DNA of 37,790 nucleotides from Catajapyx aquilonaris (Eukaryota): NCBI GenBank assembly GCA_000934665.2, contig KZ538210.1, positions 62,001 to 99,790 of the forward strand, read 5' to 3'. Shown piece by piece: positions 22,101 to 32,874 of this stretch (position 1 is its first letter; each line of letters starts with the position of its first letter). The notes under the pieces were generated by a model. It saw only the letters and a program-made list of their open reading frames with translations, ran no database searches and was not told where the DNA came from. The position numbers and the translations under genes were made by a program.

Positions 22101-25100
22101 CCTCTTCTTCGCCTTCCATGCTCTCAACGGCTCCATGCCTGATTTCCACAGCTACGGTCTTTGTCGAGGTGAAGAGTGCCAGGAGCTGTTCATCAGCAGC
22201 AGCCGTCCTGGCAACAGCTGACAAAACAGTTGCAGCACAGAGGCCATGGTGGGGTAGCCACGGGAAGGTCAGGAATCTAGATGCAGAAACAGAAATTTAA
22301 AGGCTTACAATTTCAAAACGGTATGTAAATGTAAGTCACTTGATTTTAATTTAATTACAGTTACAGAAAGTTCACGGTAACGAGTTTACTAACCTGGCAA
22401 TATGTAGCATATAATCAGCTTTCCCTGATCTCGGATTGATGGACAGCAGCAGGCTGGACAGTCCAGCCAACAGCATGGGCTTGCATTGTGGGTCCTGCAA
22501 GACTAGGAAGAGATTCTCAAGGCGCAAGCCAGATGCAAGTAGCTGCAGTGCTGCCAAGACACATCTCTCCAGGCGCTTGTGCAACCCACCCCCCAGCGCT
22601 GACCCAGACTTGGCTCCTTCCTCCACCACTAACAGTATAAGGCGCAGGAGTGGTGAGTCTGTCACAAGATGAATCATCACATAGTAGCCCGGGTGAGCTG
22701 GTGATTCCCGTGATTTGAAATCTTCTGGTTGGGGCTCATACTCCTCCAGGAGATGACACAAGAATCGAAGTCCAAGTCCTGCCACCTCCCACATCTCACC
22801 CTGATCGCGGTAACCACGGCTGAGAGACTTGAGAAGCACCACATCTCGCACGTATGTGACATATGGATGCATCCCAGGCGAGCGTCGTCCTGACCCCAAA
22901 GTGGCAGGGGGTGGATGCCTTGAAAGTGCAAGCAGCAAGTGCAGCACAGCTCTTGTCATGGGGTATGTCTCGTCACGAGCTTCAACCTCTTCCAGTTCCA
23001 TTTGAAGATCCCGGCGCCTGGCGATTCCCTGCCCACCAGGTGGCATCACTGTGGAGAGGACCTGGCTCTCTTCCAGCCCTTGCCAGATGGCTGCAGCCAG
23101 GTCTGCAGATCTTGCAAAACCTGCCAAGGTGTAGGTGATGTCTGCCTTCAGGGCAGTTGGGACTCCACAACAAAGGAGTCCCAAAAGGAGAGAGATGGGA
23201 GACCAGCTGAGATTTTCGCACAGCATAAAGCGACAGCTCTCATCCTGGGAAGCCACTACCGTCACTAGGCGCAGTACCGCAGCCAGGCCCTCCACTTCCA
23301 TTGGCGTTATACCTTTCCCTGATGCAACTCCACTTGACCTGGCCAACGTTAAAACAAGATTATTACAAATAAAACGTCACTTTCCTACCATAAATTCTGC
23401 ATTTACTGCATTCCACATGAAATACACTGTACTCCTGATTATCCGGGTGTGGATTATTATCTGTATTGTGGATTAACCGCGCATTGCCAAAAAATAAAAT
23501 TAGACATAACAGTCCGAAAAAAATGCCAATGTCTCGCAAACAAAAAGTGTAATGGACTTCTTCTAGAAGACAACTAAAAAGCACGGTAAGTTTTATTTTG
23601 ATTAAACTTGATATAAAGCAGCACATAGTGTGTACTATTAACTGCAAAAGTAATGTTGCACTGAGTGGGTTAATAGTACATCAGTTCATTAAAAACATGA
23701 GAATAGGTCATTTTAAAGGTATACAATCATTTTCAGATTATCTGTGTTTTCCGATTATCCGGCTGTACAGTCATTAGCCCAGATAATCGGGAGTAATGAC
23801 ACTAGCTTCTGCAGTGCTTATTGTATTGGGCCTTTTTTTTCCCCCCAAAAACCAGGTCATCCTATTGTATGTTTCCTATTTTCCATTTCAACTGGCATAT
23901 GTTGACATGTTCCATTAACTTTTCCCATGGCCAAGCAGTGGTTTCAGACTTTACAGTGATCTTACCAGTATACTGTGTCCGCTCCAAATGGAACTTCCCT
24001 CCTCAGGTTTCCCAGGTAGCGATGCATGGATGCAAAAAAGTGGTCCCAACTGACAGTGCATCCTGCACCGTTGGTCCTGAGCAAGATGAAAGCCTGCCTG
24101 GCACCCCTAGGGTGAGTGGCCAGAGCAGCCAGCAGACGCACGTATGGCACGTAAAGAGACGGAGGGAGGAGGTCACCTGCCAGACGCACGAACTTGAAGA
24201 GTGCAGCCTGGCGGAGTTGAGCACGTAGCTGCAAAGGGGCCAGTGGAGAGCCACCACCCATCGCAGCTTGTTCCACAGTTCCATTAGGGGTTGTTGATTC
24301 AGCCACTGGTTCCCAGAAATCCATCACCAACCCTAGCTTGAGTGGATCCTTACAATACAAGGCCTGGAGTGACTGTAAGAGGTCCTCGAAGTGTTGGGGG
24401 AGGTTCAGGGGTACCTGCAAGCCTTCCTGTAAAGTAAAAAAAAATTACCTTGAAGTTGTCTCTCTTGGCTTGTCTGGGTAGGCAGTTCATTCCTGATTCG
24501 TAATTGCATGTCATATCATATGGAAAGGTCTGTATGTGCATGTTTCCAACTTGGTTACCTGTGTGTACATAAGAGCAGTCCTGGCAGCTTCATCAGCCCT
24601 GTTACGCATCTCCTTGACTTTGACCGGCATGAGAACTATAAAGTCAGTGAGCATCTGGTGGATCCGTCTCAACTGGAACTCTTCCATGTGTAAACCACTT
24701 GATGGCAACAGAGAGGTCCATAAGAAGTGAAAACAGCCACCATCCACGGCCAGGTCCAGAATTGATTCGTCTGAGTCAGTGGCCTATAAAATTGAAATAT
24801 AAAATCTCTCACATAAGCATTATGTACAAATTATGTACATGTCTAAAGCATATAAAAATTGCTGACCTGCAAAACTTCAGGGCCTAGCTCTACTACCAGA
24901 GAGGAGGTGGAAGAAGTCCTCAGGGATGCCAAAGTAGCCGACCAGACCAATCGTACCAATGCCAACAGTCCGGGTGTTTTCCATTCAGGTTGGCCTGGAG
25001 GAAGGGAGGCCAGGCGACGGTGGATAATGGGGACAAAAGTAGGGTCCGTCAAGATGGGGAGACGGCGTGCTCGGAGGGTCTCCTCTGATTCTTCATGCCG

Positions 25101-27468
25101 CTGCAGGATGCTCACGTCCAGAGCAGACATGAGAGCCAACACCAAAGTGCGCTGGACAGAATCCAGTACACCCAAGGAACCAATGCTTTCATCCGTCTTG
25201 ATATGCATCTAGTGAAGTAAGACATGAAATTGAGCCAAGCAACATTTTTGGGATCAATCGTCTATTATTATTTTATCGATGTGAAGGTGTGTTTTCTTAT
25301 TAATAAATGGGGTTAACTTGCATCTATTTCATCACCGACTAGCCCTTATACTCTTATAGAAAAAAATGACGACAATGATAACAATTTCATAATAATATGG
25401 GTATGAAAATTATACGATTGAAATAAAAATCACTCGCCTATGTTGTTAGTGTGACCTACAAAAATCAAACCCTTCTCACACAATTTGCTTTGCCTCGCTC
25501 AGTCCACTAAAGTTATTAGCATTATTGAAAAAGGTTGTTCTCACCTGTGCCAGAAAGTCAATCAGCCGAACAGTGTCTTGGCTGTCTAATCCAGCCTGTG
25601 CTGCAGCACAGAAGACGGCTTCTGCCAGCCTGAGCCTCTGCAACTGAAACAAATCCAGCACTTCCCTCCTGTGCCTGGCACACCCCAGGGCCAACCCCTG
25701 GTGCAGTCGCTCCATCTCCTGTTCGGGGTCCATTTTTGAGAGGAGTTCCAGGACCTGGCGAACCATCCCTTCCTGCAGGAGCCTGTCTGTAAATCCTGTA
25801 CACAGCTCTGTGAGAGCAGAAGGCAGATCAAGGCTCCATGTGGCACCAGCCCTGGCCTGTAACAGCATGCGTAGGGAATGGGCCTGGGCATTGCGACCAT
25901 CATAGTACAACAAGACAGCCACTAAACCACGCCCCAGGAAGGGATACTGCGTTATTTGCTGTTCAGCAGCTTTCAACAAAGTCAGCGCGATGTACTCATT
26001 CAAATTGAACAAGTCTGATAGGGCACATGCTTCGTCAAATATTTTCCGAGGTAGAGTGGCTGCTGCACTAGTGGTCCCAGGTGTGGCGCCAGGGGTAGCG
26101 CCAAGAGTTGAGTCACCAGCATGCTGTCGTAATTGAGCACGGTCGGAATCACGCTTGCCCTTGAAGAATGAATTGTATCATAGGTTAGATATGTTCTACA
26201 TTTTCCATTTATTCGATCAACGAAAATAGAACACTGGCTAAAAGGAATCGTTCATCTTTAAACTGAGAATGCTGAGAATACTTACAGGAAACTTGAGAAG
26301 TGCAAAAAAGTCTGTCTTGTGTCTGCGTAGAGCCACCTCCAGCTGCGAGATGAGGGTAGCCTTTGGGAAGCTCAGCGTACTTTCAATCAAGGAATGAAGT
26401 GCCTTCAGGGGTGTCCATACATCGGCGACCTGACTCGCTGGAAGAGTAAAGGTTTGCCATTAGTCATAGGAACATTATGGACTGACCCAGCCAATGCAGC
26501 CCCCTTATTCCAGGTTTATTAACACACACAAAAAATTTACAATCATAATAAGTTAACAAGAACTCTTCTGTACCAGCCCCCAGCAGGTGCACAGTTCTAC
26601 TTTCTTCTTCCCGTCATGGATGCCATTTATTCATGATCCTGGCCTGTCCCCAGACCAGCCAGAGCCCGAACAGGTTAATGCCCTGGTATATTCCATGGGA
26701 CCTCAGGCAGAGAAACTCCTACTCACATTCCACCCGGACAACGTTGCTATGGGGAATTATGAGTGTTGGGGTCCTTTGAAAAGCATTTTATTGCGAAGAA
26801 CAACCATGCATAATAGCATGTATGCTTCAATACTTGTGTGCAGCAGCCAGGTGAGGATATAGAGGCATTCGTCACGGCGGTACACGGGCTGGCCGAACAT
26901 TGTGAGTTTGGCGTACCGTGGGAAGTGCTGGTCTACGGTGCTACACGGGCTGGCTGAGCATTGTGAGTTTGGCGTATCGAAGGAGGAGCTAATCTGTGAT
27001 CGGATTGTTGTCGGGTTGCTAGATAAGTCACTATCAGAAAGGCTGCAGTTAGACACAACCCTCACCCTAGAGACCACCGTCACTCAAGCTCAGCTGTCGG
27101 AAGTGGTCACGCAGCAGCAGTCCAGTCTCCATCAAGGAAAGCAGATGCTGCAAGTAGACCGGGTTCAGGCTTCCACTTCCCCCCAGAGGGAGGCTGGGTA
27201 GAAGAACAGTTCAAGTGGTTGCAAGGACCAGAACGAGAAGTGTTCCTGGTGCGCAAGTCAGGTCCATGACAGCAAAGGTTGACCTGCCAGGAAGGGCGCT
27301 TGGGAGCTATCCGACAGCAGGTGCTCCCTCCGACACCCTGGCCGAAGCAGCCGTGGAAGCTGAACCGGCCAACTCCTCCAGTACCGAGGAAGCTGTTGTG
27401 CTCCATACCGCGATGTATACTTTCCCATTGCATTAATTATCAGTAGGATTATTACCCGCATCGGCCAT
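19123..27468 (-). CDS. NUP205: Nuclear pore complex protein Nup205, about 1829 aa, 10 exons
   Basis: Exons 27468-27456, 26437-26286, 26159-25545, 25208-24867, 24783-24559, 24426-23966, 23338-22394, 22276-20521, 20458-19972 and 19616-19123; all GT-AG with matching phases (5490 nt). Motifs LSDLFNLNE, RGLVAVLLYYDGR, MPVKVKEMRNRADE, LFKFVRLAGDLL, VSWDHFF, ELEEVEARDETYPMTRA, PNLAHFFLGY. Confidence 0.95.
23425..23798. mobile_element. pogo/Tigger-like MITE remnant in NUP205 intron 6
   Basis: Imperfect terminal inverted repeats TACTCCTGATTATCCGGG ... CCCAGATAATCGGGAGTA with internal GATTATCC repeats. Confidence 0.5.
26560..27295 (+). mobile_element. Degenerate Ty3/Gypsy LTR-retrotransposon gag fragment in NUP205 intron 1 (antisense to the host gene)
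   Basis: Broken ORF pieces QVNALVYSMGPQAE, FNTCVQQPGEDIEAFVTAVHGLAEHCEFG, KEELICDRIVVGLLDKSLSERLQLDTTLTLE and a decayed zinc knuckle KCSWCASQVH...*PAR; contains stops and frameshifts. Confidence 0.8.
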
Positions 27469-27649
27469 GGTTCCTCCAGTCAGTTGCTGTGCGTCTCCCT
27501 CGCCGCCACAGTTGGAAGGACCGTCGATCCGCACCAGTCCGGGCACCAGTCCGGCCCCCGGTGTTGTGCAGACCCGGCCAGGAATGCTTCAACTACTCAG
27601 AAATTTTCAAGTTCCAACCGTTCCCAGCCGGTTCCAACGTTCGAGCCGC

Positions 27650-27700
27650 CAATCCAACATGGCCGACCCACGCCTTCCGGTTGACAAACCGGAAGTGATT
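27650..27700 (-). promoter_or_regulatory. NUP205 promoter elements: inverted ETS-type pair and YY1-like motif
   Basis: CTTCCGGTT-gaca-AACCGGAAG at 27674-27695 and CAACATGGCCG at about 27655, roughly 200 bp upstream of the NUP205 ATG in CpG-rich sequence. Confidence 0.45.
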
Positions 27701-28300
27701 AAAATCGCAGCTTATTCATTGGAGAAAATATTAGTTACAATTCAGTTGGATCCGCGCACTTTTTTAAAAAAATATATAAAATTGATTTTGCGCAATTGAC
27801 ATGACGACCGTTTGATTTCAATTTTTTCTGCTCTTCATTGTGGGCCTGGTGGAGCATAGGAAAATACGAGCATGAAAGTCAGAATATTTTTTTAAGACAA
27901 ATATGGACACTAATATTGTGTTCTTACAACATATTATTTTTCTGGAAATTGCCAAAATTCTGGTAATTCACATAAATTATGTTCATGTACAATTGCCAAT
28001 CTTACCCATCACGTGCCTTTCGTGATTTATTGGTGAGGTATATCCAGTTGCCTGATTGCTTCAATGGAATAATGAAAGTGCTCAGAAAAAGCAAGGAGCA
28101 TGAAATAACTGCTGTCAACAAGTTGGCGCTATAATAATGCTGTAAAATAATAGTACTACAAAAATAAGCTTGCAGTGATCATCATTTGAGCCTACTAAAT
28201 GAATGTTCCAAAAGTTCATCACTGATTTTTACCCAGTAAGCAAGTCGCAGTATTTCACGCAATAATCAATAAATTCTGCAGATTTCTCACAATGTCTTGT

Positions 28301-29686
28301 TTACTGACCAACAGTAATTACATGTGGCTTAAATTCAACAAGAAAACGTTTAAGCTTGTCCAACCACTTTTGACCAGCACTTTCTCCAGCTGGCTCTTCA
28401 TTTATTGTCAGACGTTGGAGCTCCTTCATTACCGTTTTCACATAAGCTGGCCTTTTCTTTCCAGTTCCTTGAAGCAGATAGGAGCAGATCGCCTTATCTA
28501 CCATGACACCAACATCCTGGCCAGGAATGATCACAAACTGAGTGTTTGGCCACCATCGACACCTATCTGGAACCCACAAGTCCTTCCGGATGGAGTTCAA
28601 GTGCCTATCCAGGGCTTCACGACGTAACCCAGATGCCAGTTGTGACCAGCCATCTCTGCTGGCCGAATTGGAGGGAAAGTCCATGAATTCCATCAGCTCT
28701 CTGACATGTCCAGTTGATTTGTCATCACCATCATCTACACCACTGTCAGGATTCTCGGCCCTCTGGAGAACAAATGTGCTTGATGGATCCAAGTGAATTA
28801 GCTGTCGCAAGCAGGACTGGATAAGGTCCATCCTGTCTGGGAAATTCTGCTTCAGAAATTCCAGGTATATAGTCCATGCGGTGAGGCTCTCTGGACACGA
28901 CTCATTAATGTATCCACTCAGGATGTTCAAAGACTCCTCTGGGTTGTGAGTAGCCATTAGCATTTCAACCAGCTGCATCCAGTACGGAAAATCACCCAAA
29001 CATTCATCTGCCGAGTACCAGTCAAGCATTGCTTTTTCAAGACTGGAATGAATCCTGTGCATTTCGATGTCCTCAACATCTTCAGACACGCGCCTGGTCC
29101 GTTTCCATCTGCAGAACCGAATACATTGATCCAATACAGACAGCAGCATCCAAATCCTCTGCTTCTTTATGGTAATTTGTGTCCTGTCACGATCCTCTCT
29201 ACGTCTCAACAGCTCCAGGGCCCTGTCAGTCTGTCCTGACGTCATCCAGTGAACTACTGCATCCAGTAACATCTCCTTGGGCCATAGTTTCTTGCATGGA
29301 TACAAGTCCCTTACAAATTCATCCAGTGCTGCAACATTTGACCTAGGGTGGTTCAGGTGCAGTATAAATCCTATTTTCCATATTGCTGGTGCCATGTGAA
29401 TTGGGTTGTCCAGGATGAACAACAAAAGTGTGGCCAGCCGAGTCCAATTGTGCTGCTGTATGCACAGCACCACATCTTCTTTAATTCCTGAGAGGCTTCC
29501 AATCGGATGTGGTTTGAGAAGGGCTGATCCCCATGGAAAAAGGTGCGGAAAAGTCTTTGGTAGTTGCGACACTGCTTTTGATTGCTGCGACACTTCTTTC
29601 ATCCGGTGCAATGTAGTAAGCCGAACTTTCTTCAACCACTTGTGCCTGAAGCCTCGCCCTAACGGATCCCACTTTGGTTTCCCCAT
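28301..29686 (-). CDS. TAF1A: RNA polymerase I SL1 subunit TAF1A (TAFI48), intronless, 461 aa
   Basis: Single ORF from ATG 29686 (GCAATGG). Motifs QHNW..LA, AIWKIGFILHLNHPRSN (compare human IWKLGSEILFYHPKSN), LVEML...A..YLEFLKQ and DRCRWWPNTQF. Minus-strand AATAAA at 28031-28026. Confidence 0.85.
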   Translation of the reverse strand: MGKPKWDPLGRGFRHKWLKKVRLTTLHRMKEVSQQSKAVSQLPKTFPHLFPWGSALLKPHPIGSLSGIKEDVVLCIQQHNWTRLATLLLFILDNPIHMAPAIWKIGFILHLNHPRSNVAALDEFVRDLYPCKKLWPKEMLLDAVVHWMTSGQTDRALELLRRREDRDRTQITIKKQRIWMLLSVLDQCIRFCRWKRTRRVSEDVEDIEMHRIHSSLEKAMLDWYSADECLGDFPYWMQLVEMLMATHNPEESLNILSGYINESCPESLTAWTIYLEFLKQNFPDRMDLIQSCLRQLIHLDPSSTFVLQRAENPDSGVDDGDDKSTGHVRELMEFMDFPSNSASRDGWSQLASGLRREALDRHLNSIRKDLWVPDRCRWWPNTQFVIIPGQDVGVMVDKAICSYLLQGTGKKRPAYVKTVMKELQRLTINEEPAGESAGQKWLDKLKRFLVEFKPHVITVGQ

Positions 29687-29691
29687 TGCAA

Positions 29692-30027
29692 TCAATGCGA
29701 TGAGGTGTCACCTTTGGAGTCGTTCATAAAGCGCCGGAGTAGATTGTAAACATCATCGGGATTAACTTGCATGTAGAACAACTGCATCAGGTGACTGCGA
29801 AAGGTATTTCATTATTTTTCTGCACCTACATGTCAGCCTCCATATCACACTCACTGGAAAACCTCTGGATGAATAGTGAATCCTGCAGCAGCTACCAGCC
29901 TGTGCATATCCAGCTCATCCGGGCTGAGTGTCTGCTCCGCCAAGGATGTTCCCTGTGTAGAGGTGGCCCTCGGTCTCCGGGTAGCCCGCTCCCCCTTCTC
30001 ATTACCCTTATTGGAACGAGACGCCAT
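29692..30027 (-). CDS. MZT2: Mitotic spindle organizing protein 2 (MOZART2/GCP8, gamma-TuRC subunit), 91 aa, 2 exons
   Basis: Exons 30027-29855 and 29794-29692 flank a 60-nt intron (CA|GTGAGT...TTTCGCAG|T): MASRSNKGNEKGERATRRPRATSTQGTSLAEQTLSPDELDMHRLVAAAGFTIHPEVFHHLMQLFYMQVNPDDVYNLLRRFMNDSKGDTSSH*. Aligns to the MZT2 core LSTEEMELYELAQAAGGAIDPDVFKILVDLLKLNVAPLAVFQMLKSM. Confidence 0.85.
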
Positions 30028-30099
30028 CCAGACCGGTGGGCAGTTCAAACAGGCTAATTAGTTAGAACCCAATTAGAACCACGTTGGAACAATAAAAGA

Positions 30100-30866
30100 A
30101 TTCTCATGCTTTCAGAGAGGCTTTCGAGCGACAACACACTCTAGCGGCGAGCATGAAAAGCGGCTCGTTTGAAAATCAGAGGTGCCAGCTTGACCACTTT
30201 TCATTGTGTTCAAGCTTGTGTGTGACCTGGTTTGACCCAGCGATTCAGTCTAAGTACGCTGTAATTAGCTACAGGCTCTAATTAATAAACTGTGTAGTGT
30301 ACAAGAAGTGGGTCATAAAACTCCTTTGTCATGCTCGGATAATGCGACGCCACAAACCAGTGTGCATGTTCTTAACCCGCATTATAGTGTACGTGAAAAT
30401 AAACCTCGAATTACGCTTAGATACAGCATGTAAATGTTAATTGTAATTAATAGGCATTGAAGCAACGAGGTCACTGGCGGGAAAAGACCCGCGGTCCATC
30501 TGGCAACGGTGTGTTAACATCCGGGGTTTTAATTTACACCACCTAGTCCACGCACACGATTGGTCTGAAATATTCCGTGTACCGTTTTGATTGGTTTTGG
30601 TGTACACGTCAGTTCTGGTGTAAACGCATTTGTGGGCGTCCCCCTTTTGCGAGCCAATCAGGAGGCTTGTAATCGCCGGCCGGGAGAGCGAAGCGCGGGA
30701 AAAGGTCCTCTTGTGACAGTGGCTGCCTTCCCTTCAAGCAGGACAGACCGAAGCTTCCCGCAGATCCGTCCCTCTCAGCCCGCCTCACCAGACCCAACCC
30801 GGTGCCTCACATTCCACATACATCCAGCGTTCGATTCGGCATCGAAAATCACCAGGAACAGCGAAG
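30100..30866. promoter_or_regulatory. Divergent CpG-rich promoter region for MZT2/TAF1A (-) and the HTH gene (+), including the probable non-coding first exon of the + gene
   Basis: CCAAT/ATTGG boxes near 30559, 30589 and 30654; strong + donor AAG|GTAAGG at 30866/30867; the acceptor at 36501 immediately precedes the ATG at 36502. Confidence 0.55.
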
Positions 30867-31118
30867 GTAAGGGCCCGATGCGGACAGATTTCGGTTTCGG
30901 ATGTCACGGTCGAGGGGAAGGAAGACCTCCATTCTTTTTCAGCAAAACTGGAAAAAGTGGGTGGGGTGCTGGGAGGGAGGGGAGGAAAAAAATGGCCGAT
31001 TCTTTTTCCATGGAATTTTCTGGAGATTTTAATGGGGGAGCTCATGCCCGGACCAGTGTTGGGTTACACGGGCGGGGTCCTTCCATATCTTTTTTTTTTT
31101 TTGGGGGGGGGGGGGGGG

Positions 31119-31140
31119 NNNNNNNNNNNNNNNNNNNNNN
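31119..31140. other. Assembly gap (N run) in a poly-G tract
   Basis: N characters in the sequence. Confidence 0.95.
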
Positions 31141-31499
31141 GGGGTAGGGTGGTTGGGCCGATCCTTTTTTTGGGGCTGGGTGGGGTGGATAAACTGTCGT
31201 TCCGAGGGTGACCATGCCACCCTTTGTCAACATGGATGCATCAGAAGGTGGAAGAGGTTATAATATTTGGTGGAAGCTTTCAGTGTGTGTTTATTAAATT
31301 TGGTTTTTTTTAGGGTGGGGTTGCTGGCAGGCTACTTTATTTCTAGCGGGTGGTTACAGTGATTGTGTGGCAACCTGGATGTAAGGTCGGGCATGTATGT
31401 GGTGACTGGGGTTAATATTACGTCGCCAGGTACACTGTAAACTGCAAACCATTAAAAGACCATTAATTTTTAATGCTCTTTTAGCCAAGGGCACTGCCT

Positions 31500-31869
31500 A
31501 TTACTCTGGTTAACTCCCTCCCACTTTGCATGAGCTGCACACTGTCGCTGCTATCCTCCACAGAGCGCTACTTCGGGCCATGTTCGGGTGACTTGAGTGG
31601 GGGCTTACCGTCGGCCTATTTCTGCCGCTAAGGCTCGACACCGACGCCAGGGGGTGGGCCTCCTCCTGGAAGTTTGGCCACTCGGGGATCTTTAACGTGC
31701 ACTCGCACAATGTCACAAGCACCCGGGACCGACGGCTTTACTTCCCCTCCGAATGAAGGCACACTCTTGCTTTTCTACCCTGAGAAAAGTCACCGACCTT
31801 GGCCGGGTTCGAACCCACAACTTTGGGACCAGAGGCGAGCGGGCTAACCACTAGTCCACCGGCGCCGGC
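31500..31869 (-). mobile_element. tRNA-derived SINE with a Deu/Nin-like central domain
   Basis: Minus strand: A box TGGACTAGTGG, B box GGTTCGAACCC, then TTCGGAGGGGAAGTAAAGCCGTCGGTCCCG...GCACGTTAAAGATCCC. The 3' end is approximate. Confidence 0.75.
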
Positions 31870-32095
31870 TTTGTTCAGGTGACTGTCTTAGGAAATTACG
31901 CTACTGATCCACCTGCATTGGAAAGGATGGTTTTCGTTGGTTCAGAAAAGCCGCCCGAAAGTGACCCTAAGAGTAGTGCTCTCTGGACCGACACATGTGC
32001 CAAATAGAACATTCTCCCGTGGGGGGGGAGCGCAACTAAGCTCATGGTCCTCTACGTATGACTGGGGAGGAAGGTGTGGGGGGCTGGCCAAGGGT

Positions 32096-32192
32096 GTAAC
32101 CACTCCCCAAAAAAGCGTACACCAGTTCCCAGAACATGCTGGGAACCACCTGGTTCCAGCAACTGGTGTACACTTTTTTGGGGAGTAGTTAC
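32096..32192. mobile_element. Short hairpin/MITE (97 bp)
   Basis: GTAACCACTCCCCAAAAAAGCGTACACCAGTT pairs with AACTGGTGTACACTTTTTTGGGGAGTAGTTAC. Confidence 0.7.
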
Positions 32193-32629
32193 CTCCTCGG
32201 CTGTAGCAACAAGACAGCATCACAAGAGCATTAAAAATTTACGCGCCATGGTGATGCTCATTTAATGGTTTGCGATTTACAGTGTAGGTGGTGCGTCAAT
32301 TTTAAACCACAAAATTGAGCCCCTACTAGATAATTTTTAGGGGGTTGGGGCTTAGGACATTGTCACAGGTTTTTTTTTGAAGACCTTGAATAGGGATGGG
32401 AGCGGCCACAGTGAAGTGGCTGAATGCTGTGTCTGAAGCAGTGGACACTACCTTTGGTTTTAGTTCCCATGACGCAGGTTTTAGGACAGTGCTCATGAGT
32501 CTTCATGAAAAGTCAGGAACCTGGTGCTAGGCCTGGTGTAATTGCATGAGTTTGAAGCTGATTGGAGGTGTATCATACCATACCAGCCCCCCTGTCACTT
32601 CTCTCTCCCCTCCCCCCCCCCTTTTTGTA

Positions 32630-32874
32630 TGAGCTTCGCTGATCTCCCGCCATGGGCGGCGCTAGGATCACGCACCGAAGTAGGTGGTGCCACAACTAGC
32701 GGGAAATTCTGAACCATTTTCGGTGGACTCTGGTTGCGTAGCACAACTCCAGCCAATCCGAGTTGACCAAAATGGTTCAGAATTTCCCGCTAGTGGGGGC
32801 GGCACCTACTTTGGTGCGTGATCCTAGCGCCGCCCATGGCAAACCCCCCTTGGTGGGGAGATCAGCTAAGCTCA
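32630..32874. mobile_element. Long foldback MITE (about 245 bp)
   Basis: TGAGCTTCGCTGATCTCCC...GCCATGGGCGGCGCTAGGATCACGCACC...CTAGCGGGAAATTCTGAACCATTTT is mirrored on the right arm. Confidence 0.85.

Larger units (their letters stand above)
31433..32284. mobile_element. Non-autonomous DNA transposon with CACTG termini (CMC/EnSpm-like), TA-flanked, with nested insertions
   Basis: TIRs CACTGTAAACTGCAAACCATTAA and TTAATGGTTTGCGATTTACAGTG; subterminal AATTTTTAATGCTCTT shared by both ends; TA on both sides. Confidence 0.75.

Noticed and set aside
20001..25903. Numerous + strand and alternate-frame ORFs over NUP205
   Set aside because: Shadows of GC-rich coding exons with no independent motifs.
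27467..27799. + strand 110-aa ORF including ATGGCCGAC at 27659
   Set aside because: Overlaps the NUP205 5'UTR and promoter, has no recognisable domain, and the motif is better read as a YY1-like site.
29659..29711. MZT2-TAF1A in-frame fusion as the main gene model
   Set aside because: The acceptor has no pyrimidine tract (GGGGAAACCAAAGTGGGATCCGTTAG), unlike the other introns here. Kept only as an alternative to test.
31790..31869. tRNA gene
   Set aside because: A and B boxes are present but run straight into a SINE body; no complete cloverleaf or terminator evident.
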